From Azolla caroliniana (lineage: Eukaryota; Plantae; Polypodiophyta): DNA of 64,000 nucleotides. The notes under the pieces were generated by a model. That model searched no databases, was not told where the DNA came from, and was given only the letters and a program-made list of their open reading frames with translations. The DNA is taken from NCBI GenBank assembly GCA_043228905.1, contig JBHGNT010000004.1, forward strand, positions 12,710,001-12,774,000, given 5' to 3'. Positions 24,301 through 36,000 of the stretch are shown piece by piece. Position 1 is the stretch's first letter. Each line of letters starts with the position of its first letter. Made by a program: the position numbers and the translations under genes.

Positions 24301-27226
24301 CGCCAAAGAAATGAAGCCGGAAGATAAAGCGACAATGATCAAACTACTCACGGAGTTTCGCGACGTATTCGCCTGGTCATACGAAGACATGCGAGGGCTG
24401 GATCCTCAATTATACCAGCATCAGATCCACTTAGGCAGGGACGCGAAACCAGTGGCGCAAAGACGATACCGAATGAACCCCAACTACGCCGCCAAAGTGA
24501 AGGAGGAAATCGACAAACTCCTAAGAGTGGGCTTCATCCGGCCGGTAAAGAAAGCGACGTGGTTGAGCCCCATCGTCGTTGTCCCAAAGAAGAACGGTAA
24601 AATCCGTGTGTGTGTAGATTACAGGAAACTAAATGCCGCCACAATTACGGATGCATTCCCTCTTCCGTTCACGGATGGAGTACTGGATGCCGTCGCCGGC
24701 CATGAAGTTTATAGCTTTTTAGACGGCTTCAGCGGTTACAATCAAATCCGGATGCACCCCGACGACCAGGAGAAGACAGCGTTCGTCACCGAATGGGGGG
24801 TGTTTGTGGCCGAAGTAATGATGTTCGGCCTAAAAACGGCACCAGCAACTTTCCAGCGAATCATCATGGAGATCTTCGGCGAATACATTCCTGCCTTCAT
24901 GCAAGTTTTCCTGGATGATTTTGCAGTCTATAGCCGGGGAAAAGACCATTTGCAGCACCTACGGTTATGCCTTGAAAAGTGTAGGTTATACCGGCTAAGC
25001 TTAAACCCAGCAAAATGCATCTTTGGGGTTTCAAGTGGAATATTGCTGGGACACATTGTAAGTAAGGAGGGCATTGCGGTCGACCCCGACAAAGTAAACG
25101 CGATACTAGGGGCACCGGCGCCGAAAACGGCCAAAGCACTAAGCCGATTCTTAGGACAGATCCGGTGGCACAGCCGGATGCTCCGTCACTTGGCTGACTT
25201 GGCTACACCATTACACACCGCGGTACATCGGACACCGTTCCAATGGACGGATACGGAGGATAAGGCATACAATGCCCTGAAGGTACTTTTGTCGCAAGCA
25301 CCCGTCGTGCAGCCTCCGGATTGGAGCAAGGAATTTCACGTGTTCGTTGACGCGTCCGACATCGCTATCGGCAGCGCCTTAATGCAACTTACGGAGCCCA
25401 AATGGTACGGGCCGGTATATTACGCCAGCCGGAAGCTGTCCCAAGCGGAGAAGAACTATTCAACGACGGAACGGGAGGCCCTGGGCATGATCTACAGTGT
25501 CACAAAGTTTCGGCATTACCTATTGGGAAGGAAGTTCTCCTTTCATGTGGATCACTCGGCGCTCCTGTACTTAGTGTCCAAGGCGTCCCTAACCGGTAAG
25601 TTGGCCCGTTGGACCTTGCTGTTGCAGGAGTTCGAATTCGAGATCTTCCACCGGCCCGGTATCCAGCATGCCGTAGCAGACTATCTGAGCCGGTTAGAGT
25701 CCGGAGAAGCAGGCGACGGAGTATCGGATGAATTCCCGGACGCAGAGTTATTCCGTATCACCCCGGAAACGGCAGCGGACGACACGGTGGCATCAGAAGA
25801 TAGGTGGCTGACAAACATGCACCAGTTCCTAAGCACGGGCCTGCCACCGGAGGAAATGAACCGGGACGAGAGGAAACGACTGGCGGTGCAGAGCTGCAAT
25901 TTCTGTCTGTTACGGGACACTCTCTACCACAAGGGAGCAGATGGAATATGGAGACGGGCAGTCCGTAGTGACGAGAAAGAAGTAATCTTACGGGAAGCAC
26001 ACTGTGGGGTTGCCGGAGGACACTATGCCGGGGAAGCGACGGCAAGGAAAGTATGGCAGAGCGGCTTATGGTGGCCCACGACGTTAAAAGACGCCGTCAA
26101 GTATGCTAAGGAATGTGACCTATGCCAACGAATGGGCTAGCCTATGGAGCAAGCACGGATGCCACACCAACCGGTACTTCCACTAGAGCCATTCCAGAAG
26201 TGGGGGTTGGATTTTGTCGGACCGTTCAAGCCACCGGCAATGAGAACGGGTAATCGTTATGTCATCGTGGCAACGGATTATTGCACTAAATGGGTGGAGG
26301 CTAAGGCCTTGAGAGACAATACCGCGTCATCCACAGCAAAATTCCTGTACGAAAACATTTGGTGCTGATATGGATGTCTGATTGAATTAATCAGCGACCA
26401 AGGAGGGCACTTCCTCGGCCAGGTAGTGGAAAGCTTAACAACGTTCTATGCCGTGGTCCATAAACGAAGCACACCGTACTACCCACAGGCGAACGGGTTA
26501 GCAGAGTCCACCAACAAAACGCTGCAGAACATTCTCCGCAAAATCGTCAACGAAAACCGGACGGACTGGGATACAAAGCTCCATAGCGCGCTATGGGCGT
26601 ACAGAACGGCATACAAAACAAGTATCCGGACAACGCCGTTCCGGTTAGCATTCGGCTTAGAAGCGGTCATGCCGGTGGAATTTCAGGTACCAAGCTTACG
26701 GATCCAACTACGGGAACGGCTGAATGAAAAGAAGTCGGAGGAAATGCGGCTAGCAGCACTATGCGAACTGGAGGAGCAACGGCTGGCCAGCATCCTACAC
26801 CTGGAACTGGAGCAACGACGACGGAAAGCGTTCGTTGACCGTCACCGGAAGGGTAACGAAAAGATGTTCGAAATCGGAAAGCCGGTGCTAGTATTCCAAA
26901 CGAGGATGGGCAAGATGCCGAGTAAACTCCGGTTTAGATGGACAGGCCCGTATTGGCTGACACGGGAATACAACGGGTCCTATCAGATAGGGACACTTGC
27001 CGGTGAAGTACTAGGCAAGTGGGTAAACGGATTTAGACTAAAGCCCTATAAAGGACCGATGCCAAAGAACCCGTTTATGCAGCTCACCGGCACTATACCG
27101 GGAACCTGTCCGAGATCGGTACGGATGGAAGAAAAAGACGACGGGGAACCCGTAGCAGAGGCGAAGGAAGACACGGCAACCCGTAAGGAAAACGGTAAGG
27201 GTCCGAAGGGACCTACGGATGTGTAA
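21380..27226 (+). pseudogene. gag-pol polyprotein (gag, 3 CCHC, AP, RT, RNaseH, INT), single frame with two nonsense codons
   Basis: ORFs at 21380, 26144 and 26426 are in the same frame, with stops at 26138 (TAG) and 26366 (TGA). Motifs: IDGGSGVN, FLDGFSGYNQI, FLDDF, VDASD, HHCC, WGLDF, YPQANG, GPY. Confidence 0.95.
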
Positions 27227-27630
27227 GGTCACACACACTTCATTAAAATAAAAAATAAAAATAAAAAAAATAAAAATAAAAAAAATAAAAAATCATTAAA
27301 AATCATTAAAAATCGAGGTATGAACGGGTGTGAAAGCAAGGAGCGAAAAGGTACGTAGTGGGCATTTAAGAGCCGCCACGTTACTTAATACTAAATCGGT
27401 ACACGACGTGCGCATGCTCGAAAAAAGGCGCCAAGACGCACAAAGAAAAAGAAGAGCGCATGGAGACCTTCTTTTTTCGCGAGCCAAGAAGCACAGAAGC
27501 ACCAAGGCAGTGGAAGCTTAGCAAACGCGAACCTACACTCAGAGAACCCCCGCGTTCAGAACGCTCTCTCTCTCGCTCTCACTCTCATCACCACTCTACC
27601 TCGCCATCTTTCCTCGACCTCGAAGCAGAC

Positions 27631-30330
27631 ATGGAACCACAAACGCTGTCGGAAGCGGCCGGGAAATGGTTCAGGCAACACGGACTGGAGGGGTTCTTGG
27701 CCATCATGGAGGCACCACCGCACCGAGAAGCCGACCGGGTCATCAAGGAGCTCGACACGGAAGTCATCACAGAGGAAGCGATCCGTGCGCTAACAGGCCT
27801 TCCGGAGGGAGGTATTTTTCAGATTGATAACCCATCCTCGGAGCAACTCATCCGATATTTCGGTGAGTACTCTGTTGCCGGCAAAGGCTATCGAACGCAG
27901 GGCGGCGAAGATCCGCTATTCAGGGAGATAGCTCGAGTGCTCCATGAGTACGGCCACGTGTACCCCCGACCCCCTGTCATGCCAAAAAATCGGGCAGGGA
28001 TGATCATAGCCACCTATGAAGGGACCAAGGTGGATTGGCCGGTGTTGATTGCAAACGGTTTGTGCGTGGCAATCGACATGGTACGAGGAAAGGACGGCAA
28101 GGAGGGCCGGAAGCTGTGGCATGCCGTAGCTCAGTGGATAACATTGCTCGTGCCGCCGGTCGAGACCGTTCAGCCAAAGAAGCGGCCAAGAGTATCGGAA
28201 GGAAGCACCTCGAAGCCGGCGTCCAAACGACAGCAGCTGCTGGCGTCGAAGGCGACGAAAGGGAAGAAACGGGTCCCAGAACCGGAGGAGGTGTCACCGG
28301 TCCGACCCGTCAAGATAACCATGCGGAGACCGGGACAGAAGGAACCGGAACCCTTGACGGCACAGAAACATGCCGTGACACAGGAAGAGGAAACGGAGGA
28401 GCCAGAAGAGCACCTCCAACGACGGTCAAGAAGTGGGACCGCCGGGACAGCGGGGGAGCGGTCGTACCCGTGAGAGGCAGAAACGCCCCCAACTCAACCT
28501 GAGCAAACCACAAGGGAGGAACCGGAACTGGTGCGTATGGAACCGGCATTGTCGACTTCTATAGAAGAAGTTATTCCAACGGTTCCGGAGACGGCGAGAA
28601 CCGGAACTCAACAGCCGGCGAGCCCAGCCAACACACACGACGGCCAAGGAGTAGAACCAGAACGGCATATGCAGGCACTCGGGCCAGACAATTCCATAGT
28701 GAATGAGCCGACCCGACCACTACAGCAGCAAGGCACCAGTAGCATGTGGCTACGGTGGGTAGGCGAGCAAATCGCCGGAGCGGTCGAGTATATAGAGGCG
28801 GAAGAGAGAGCGCACCAGGAACGGTTGCTCGTCACAACCGTAGATCTAGAGACGGCCCGGTCCAGAATCCGGAGCCTTGAACAAGACTTGGACAGGGTCA
28901 CAAGGGAAATGGCTCAATTGGCTTTGACAACACAAGTCCAAGCACCGGTGACTCCGGGCAATGTACAGAATAAAGCGGCAGATCAACCTGTACATAGCAA
29001 TCAGACCCCGGCAACGGAAACCGTTCCGGAGAGAAATGCGGCACAAGCCCAAGAGCTTGCGGATTTAAAGGATGAGCTAGCTGCCCAAGAAGCGCTGAGG
29101 AGCCGCGAAAGAGAATTGAAGACGGCAGCGGAGGCAGAACTCAAAAAGACTTCTGAGAATCTACGCCGGGCCGAGGAGAGCTTACGGAAAGGGCACCAAG
29201 CGTACGACCGGCTCAAGGAGGAGAAGGAGAAAATGCTGCAAGAGAAGGACAGGTTCCGGAGGAACGCCGAAACTGAAGTAGAGCGCCTGAAAGAGGAACT
29301 CCGGCAGGTAAAGGACCGGGAGGACCGGAACCATCGCCAGATCAACGGCAAGCTCAAACAAAAAACAGAGGAATTTGAGAACTTGCACCGGGAGTATAAA
29401 CGGTTGCAAACGGAGCACAAGGAACGGACGGATGAGCTCCGGCAAGCAGTTGATCGGACCGCAACCGCATTCGCCAAGGAACAAGCGGAAACCAGAAGAC
29501 GGTTGGAAGAGGCGGAGAAGGTTCGGACAGAGCTCCTCAGGCAACAGCAGGCGGAAAAAGAAAGAGCGGCGGAGGTACTGCAGAGGCTGCAAACGACATA
29601 TCAAGGGCAGCTGACGCGCTACAGAGAGCAGGCGGAGGATACGGCGAATCTCATCAAGCAGTTGAAGGAGGAGCGACAAGTGGTGGAAAGCAGAGCACAA
29701 ATGGGAGCAAGTCGCATCCAGGATATCATGCGGGCCTGGTTGAACCAGACCAAGAGCTTGATTGACAACGGGTCCGTCAAATGGTGGACCAAGTGGGCCA
29801 CGAACGCGGCGGAACTCCAATTGCTCCGGGCTGACGTAGAGAACCGGCGGAAGGAGGGAGATGATTGCTATATGCTGACTTCCGAAGACTTCACCGGCAT
29901 AAGAGATGAGCTTGCCGAAGACTTTCAAGCCTTGGCAGATGACCAACTAGGGCAGGTCCGGCAACTTGTAGCTCAGCTGGACGACGACAGGCTGGAGGCG
30001 CAGATCCAGTTTGAAAGCTACGAGAGGTCCCGGATCCGGGGAGAGAAAGAACGAGAACCGGTTACGGTCAACCTCAGTGATGAGGAACCGTTACTGGAAG
30101 GAGACCGGACCGGAAGCAGTCAAACGGAGATGTCGGAGTCAGAGAGACAAACGGAGCAGCCGGAGTCAGCGAAACAAACGGAGCAGCAGCAGCAAGCAGA
30201 GCAGCCGGAGCAGCCTCAGTCCCAACCACAACCACAGCAGCAGCAGCAAGCACAGCCACAACAACCACAACCGGAAGAACAAGTGGAAATTCTTGAACAA
30301 AGTATTTTGGACAATTTGGGTGAACAATGA
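27631..30330 (+). CDS. Accessory ORF after pol (~900 codons, one in-frame TGA at 28471): conserved N-terminal domain, long coiled coil, Q-rich tail
   Basis: ORFs 27460-28473 and 28531-30330 share a frame with no other stop between them. A homolog is present in the host element at 32700-32220. Confidence 0.8.
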
Positions 30331-30342
30331 AGGGGCCGAGAA

Positions 30343-30380
30343 GGGTTCGACGTACAAGGTACTGTCCCATGGGCGTGCCA
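30343..30380 (-). promoter_or_regulatory. Antisense PBS-like tRNA-Arg complement at the PPT position
   Basis: Plus strand reads GGGTTCGA-cgtacaaggtactg-TCCCATGGGCGTGCCA, then TG, then the LTR. Confidence 0.82.
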
Positions 30381-30382
30381 TG

Positions 30383-30801
30383 TGTTACCGGCTGGCAAGG
30401 AGTCCAAAATACGGAGTGAAGGAATTAATTAAATATGGTTGTAAATGAGCATAGTGTGGACGGACGGACTGGAAACGGTATGCCGTTCCAGATCCGGACG
30501 GATCCCGAATAGGTGCGATAGGCACCGTTTTGTACTACGGGCCGGAAACCTATTTAAAGGCCCAGACCCCATTGTAATCGCAGCGGATAATTAATAGAGC
30601 TTATGATGTTTATACTTCTGTCTTGATTTCCGTTCTGTAATTACTGTTATATCTTACGCGTGTAATTAACCAAAGCATTCTAATCGTGTAACCTACGTAA
30701 GTCGGTGTAATCGTTGAATATTAATCCTATGCCGTAATCACCCTTTGGTGAAGTGTCTCCGTGACACCTTGTGTTAGACCTTGTCCGGTCAGAGAATAAC
30801 A
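30383..30801 (+). repeat. 3' LTR
   Basis: Direct repeat of 20910-21328. Confidence 0.97.
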
Positions 30802-33030
30802 GAACCGTCAGAAGAGACGATCCGTGTTGTCAATTGATTCCTTCGAATACTTCTCTTGTTGCCTTTCGAGTTCCAACGTTGTGTTTATTTGATGTTTGTG
30901 AAGGGAGTCCACTAGTTTGCATCGCTCCTTCTCGGTTTGGTCCAATTTATGCAAGAACTGACTGGAGCACTCTTGCAGTTCCACAAGCTTCTTGTTTAGA
31001 GATGCTATTTATCTGACAGCTATATCCTATGTAGTATTGAGGGCGGTTGCGGCGTTGTTTTCTATCTCCTGGAGCTTGGTTGTCCGGTCGTGGAACAATT
31101 GGTGTAGCTCGGCTTCCCTTTTCGTGGCTTGCTCCTTTATCTTTGTTACCTCGGCTTTAGTTGTGTCATATCGTTCCTTAGCTTTGTTCGCGATGGCCGT
31201 TTGAATGTTAAGTTCTTCCTTATATCGGCAGATGGCATCTTCGAATGGAACTGTGTTATGACCGTCCTCGGTTTGGGTTGTTTCATCGTGCATCGCACAG
31301 GGGCTGGGTGGTTCTGTTTGGGTGGATATATCTATCAGCTCGACGTAGCTTCGTAGTTTCATTTGGGTTGACACTTCCTGTGGGTTGGAGGTGGGAGGGG
31401 GCAAGGCGAGCAAAGCAGACTTGACTTTTGTCTAGAGTCATGCCTCTAGTGCGGCCAACCGGTGTTCCGATGCTTGCAACAACTCGGTGGCGGTCTTGGC
31501 TTGCTTACATGCTTCTTTGCTGCTAATGGCCATATCTTTAGTTGCCCGTGTTGCCCTCGCCAACTCGCGGTAAACCTCGATGAGCGCTGTGTTGAGTTCA
31601 GGTAGCTCGATGTGTGTGTGACGTTTCTTCATGGCTCTCTTCCGCCCTACTTTTTGTAACTTGGGCTTGTCATCAGATTCCATTTCGTTGGCCAACGCCC
31701 TTTCCACCATCTGTTGTTCGGCGTGTTCTTGGGCCATGCGGGCCACGATAGCTACTTGGAGGCGAGCAAGGAAATCAATGAGTTCGTAAGTCATGGCATG
31801 TTGTAAAATGGCATCGAGCCCATGTGATTCGGTGGGTAAGTCCTTGAAGGTCATTACCTCTTCCTCCGAGAACCGTGATTGTTGCCCTTGTTCGATCTGA
31901 CTGGTAAGAGCGAGGGGCTTATCCGTGATGAGTGCGACTATCTTCTTTGGTACAGGGTTGAGTTTTGGGGCCGTAAGTTCATTGCGATCCCAGTTCTGTT
32001 GGGTCACCAAGGATTGATCCATACCCATACTGGTTTTTAGGTTTTCTATTTTATGCTTCAGGCATGGACTAGGCGAGGGTTGTGGGGACGTGATACGGAT
32101 CATATAGGGTTAAGGTTTGATGCTCTCGCGAATGATAATGTTGTTGGGGGCCTCATGGTTCTTCGACCCGGCTCGAGGGGAGGTTGGGGTGCGGGTCGGT
32201 GGTTCATCCTGCCATTCTTCCTATGGCAGGTGCACAGCTGATTGGAAGCAGGCCAACACGACACAAATTCCTTCCCTAGTGAGTATACCCCAATCGATAG
32301 CTCCACCTCGATATGCCATGATGATTAAGTTGGCCCTCTTCTTGCGTATGGTATATGCATTGGGGCTGACACATCCAAAATCCAAAAAAAAATGGGCTAG
32401 ATTTCCAAAGAATTCATTGGGACCTCCGTGCATGCAATGGGCCTTTGCTGGTGCGAAGTATTCTCCGAAATACTACTCTAGATTGTATTGTGGTGGGGCA
32501 TCGACGTCATGTTGGCCCCCATGCTACAAACTAAGCGCTGAGACGATCTTATTGTTGGTGATGGTGTCAGGATGCACCTTCTTGGCTATTGCCTGTGCTT
32601 CGAGGTGTGCAACGGGGTCAATGACGTGGAGGTATCCTCCCAAACCATGCCTGCTAAGCCAAGTGCGGAGTTCTTTGGATTCTTGAATCATCATGGCTAT
32701 CTCAAAAGAGCAGGAAGGCGAGTACGGATGGAAGTGAGGAGTTAGAGAGCGAGAGAGCTCTTGGTTGCAAGGAGTTTGGGAGCGAGAGAAAGATTGAACA
32801 GAGGATGAGAGAGCTTTAGCGTTTCTGCAGAAATGAGAGCTATGTTTGTGGTGTCTTTCTTTTTGTATGTGCCTCGGTTCTTGAGACATGGCCTTATGCC
32901 CTAGATTCAGAATCTTCCCTGCCATACTGGGAGTTAGTACTTGCATTTCTAGTATGATGTGCATGGCCTTCAAATAATGTGTGGATCTTTTCTTTTCTTT
33001 TCCTTTTCCATAATTATAGTATACACTATG

Positions 33031-36000
33031 TGACGGGAACTGAACGCTCCTTATGCGCAACGCTCGGCCACAACCGAGCTTAGGATCATACACAGAAAAC
33101 GGGAAACAAATGCACACGACACAAAGGAGAGAAAAAGGTACACAGAATGTTTACGTGGAAAACCCAAAGAGGGAAAAACTACGGCAGCCCACAGGCTGCA
33201 AACTATCACTATGTTGGAATGTACAAAACAGTGAGTTCACGGAGGCAACGACCTCGTACTCACTATCTTCGCCACAGGCGGCGGTTACAACAGAGGCAAC
33301 GACCTCTTTCTCTCTCTCTCTCTGTACACTGTTACGTGCTCTCTCTTCTTCTTGCACCAACAAGAAAATGACAACACCTAAAACATATTTGCCCTAAGTC
33401 ATATTTATACTAATATGATTTTTCGGCTATTTACAAATATAGCCTCGATGGGCTCTCAGAAACATATTTACGAATATGTCTCTTCCTCCGGTTCTCACCG
33501 GGTCTGCGTCATCCAGCTCTCTGTAGCCGGGTGCTCCTCATCCGGTTCTCACCGGGTCTGCGTCATCCGGCTCTCTGTAGCCGGGTGCTCCTCATCCGGT
33601 TCTCACCGGGTCTGCATCATCCGGCTCTCCGTAGCCGGGTACTCCTCATCCGGTTTCGGCCTCGACCGAGATTGTTCGTCGGCATTGTTCTTCTCCCTTC
33701 CCATCCGGAGGGACCTGTCTCCCAACAAACTCCCCCTTCACTCCGGCATGGGGTGTCTTATCAGTCTGATCTGCTTCCGACATGCATCTAGCTTGTCGGG
33801 TATCAGAACTTTGGTCAGCATATCTGGCCCTTTCTCGGCCATGTGGATCTTCGTCAGTGGGAACTCCTAGTCATCTACTCTTTCCCGGATCCAGTGATAT
33901 CTTCGTTGGATATGCTTCGCCTGAGAATGGTAGGCCGCATTCTTAGCAAGGTGGATGGCACTTTGACTGTCGCAATAGAGTCGGTATTCCTCTTGCCGGA
34001 TACCGAGCTCTCCGATGAAGTCCTTCATCCATAATATTTCCTTGCCGGCTTCCACAGCCGCCATGTACTCCGCCTCTGTGGTTGACAATGCAACCGTCTT
34101 CTACAGCCTCGACTGCCACGAAACAGCTCCCCCTGCATATGTCATTACATACCCGGATGTAGACCGGCTGGTATCCACATCAGCCGACATGTCCGAATCG
34201 GTGAAACCGTCCAATTGAGGTTTTTCGGAGCCGAATCGGAGACACATATTTGAAGTGCCCTTCAAATACCGGAGTATCCATTTAACCGCATTCCAGTGCT
34301 GCTTGCCGGGATTGCTCATAAACCGGCTCACCACTCCGACTGCGTATCCTATGTCCGGTCGGGTACAAACCATTGCGTACATCAAGCTCCCGACGGCAGA
34401 GGCATATGGAATCTTCATCATATCCGCCTTCTCTGCTTTCGTCTTCGGGCTTTGCTTACCGGATAGCTTGCAGTTTGCCGGAAGTGTCGATCCGACCGGT
34501 TTTGCTTCTGACATGTTGAACCGGTGGAGCACCTTGTCACGTACTTCTCCTGTGACAACCATAATTGCTTCTTTGACCGGTCCCGAATGATTTGCATCCC
34601 CAGCATATGTCTTGCTGGACCCAAGTCTTTCATTGAGAAGGTCCGGTTGAGAGCCTTCTTCAGCATCCGTATTTTGACTTGGTCACGTCCGACGATCAAC
34701 ATGTCATCCACGTACAGCAGGAGTATCAGGAAGTCTCCTCCTTCGAACATCTTCACAAACACGGAGTGATCGGCCTACATCTTGTGGTACCCTTGATCGG
34801 TCATGAAGGAGTCGAACTTCTGGTACCAGTGTCGGGGAGCCTGCTTCAGTCCGTACAGGCTCTTCTTCAACCGACATACCAGGAGCTCCTCCTCTTTCTC
34901 CATGAATCCTTCCGGTTGCTGCATGTAGATCTCTTCTTCGAGGTCGCCGTGAAGGAATGTCGTCTTCATGTCCAGCTGCTCTACCTCGAGGTCCATGCTT
35001 GCCGCTATACTCAGCACCGTCCTGATGGAGGTCATCTTTACTACCGGGGCAAATATCTCGTCGAAGTCCACGCCCTTCTTTTGCTGGAACCCCTTCACCA
35101 CGATCCTGGCTTTGTATCTCAGGGGGTTGCCGGTATCTCCCGGTTTCAACTTGTACACCCACTTGTTTCGGAGTGCCCGCTTTCCTTTCGGCAACTCCAC
35201 CAATTCGTACGTATGGTTCTCATGCAGGGAATCCATCTCATCCTGCATGGCACTTAACCATTTTTGGCTGTGGGTGTCAACCTTCGCTTCTTCGAAGCTT
35301 TCCGGCTCCCCCTCATCAGTCAGTAGAACATGCTCTGCATCTGGAAATCTCTGGGGGGCCCTTCTCTCTCTGAGAGGATATCTACGTCTTCGGGCTTCGG
35401 TAACCGGCTCCTCCATTTGCTCTTCATCCGAATCCGATTCGGGGTCTTGGCCGGTTCCGGTCTCAGCTTCCTTTACTTCTTCTTCTGCCGGTTCGGTATC
35501 CTCACCGTAACCGGTTGGTTCCTCGAGTGCTAACCGGTCTCTTGCCGGTTGGGTCGGCTCATCATAGAGTCTATCCTTACCGGTCGACTCGGAGTTCATT
35601 ATTTTCTTCTCCGACTCCCAGTCGGCGAGCGTCTTGTTCTCCATGAAGATAATATCTTGACTCCGGAATACCTTCTTGTCGACCAGGTCCCACACTCGGT
35701 AGCCGAACTCATCGTCACCGTAACCGAGGAATATGCATGGCCGGGTCTTTGGATCTAACTTTCATCTCCGGTCCTTAGCTACATGCACGTACGCGAGACA
35801 CCCGAACACCTTCAGATGCCGGTAGGATACTTCCTTACCTGTCCACACTCTCTGTGGCGTGTCTCCGTCCAAGGGTACTGAGGGTGATCTATTTATCACG
35901 TATGTCGCCGTCGACAATGCCTCAGCCCAAAACTTCTTGGGTAGTTTTGCATGCGCTAGCATACTCCGGACCCTCTCCATTATGGTCCGGTTCATCCTCT

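Larger units (their letters stand above)
20910..30801 (+). mobile_element. Near-intact non-chromovirus (Athila/Tat-like) Ty3/gypsy retrotransposon
   Basis: 419-bp LTRs TG...CA with about 6 differences by eye. TSD GAACC (20905-20909 / 30802-30806). Carries gag-pol and an accessory ORF. Confidence 0.97.

Noticed and set aside
29001-29946. Antisense ORFs over the coiled-coil ORF and other pol regions
   Set aside because: Shadow frames of GC-rich coding sequence with no recognisable motifs.
30322-30345. Purine-rich GAACAATGAAGGGGCCGAGAAGGG as the PPT
   Set aside because: It is about 40 nt from the LTR, interrupted by pyrimidines, and has no counterpart in the host element. Not formally excluded.
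33487-33648. 54-bp repeats (also 6940-7100 and 38181-38396) as a CRISPR-like array
   Set aside because: Head-to-tail units with no unique spacers, inside copia LTR U3, in a eukaryotic context.
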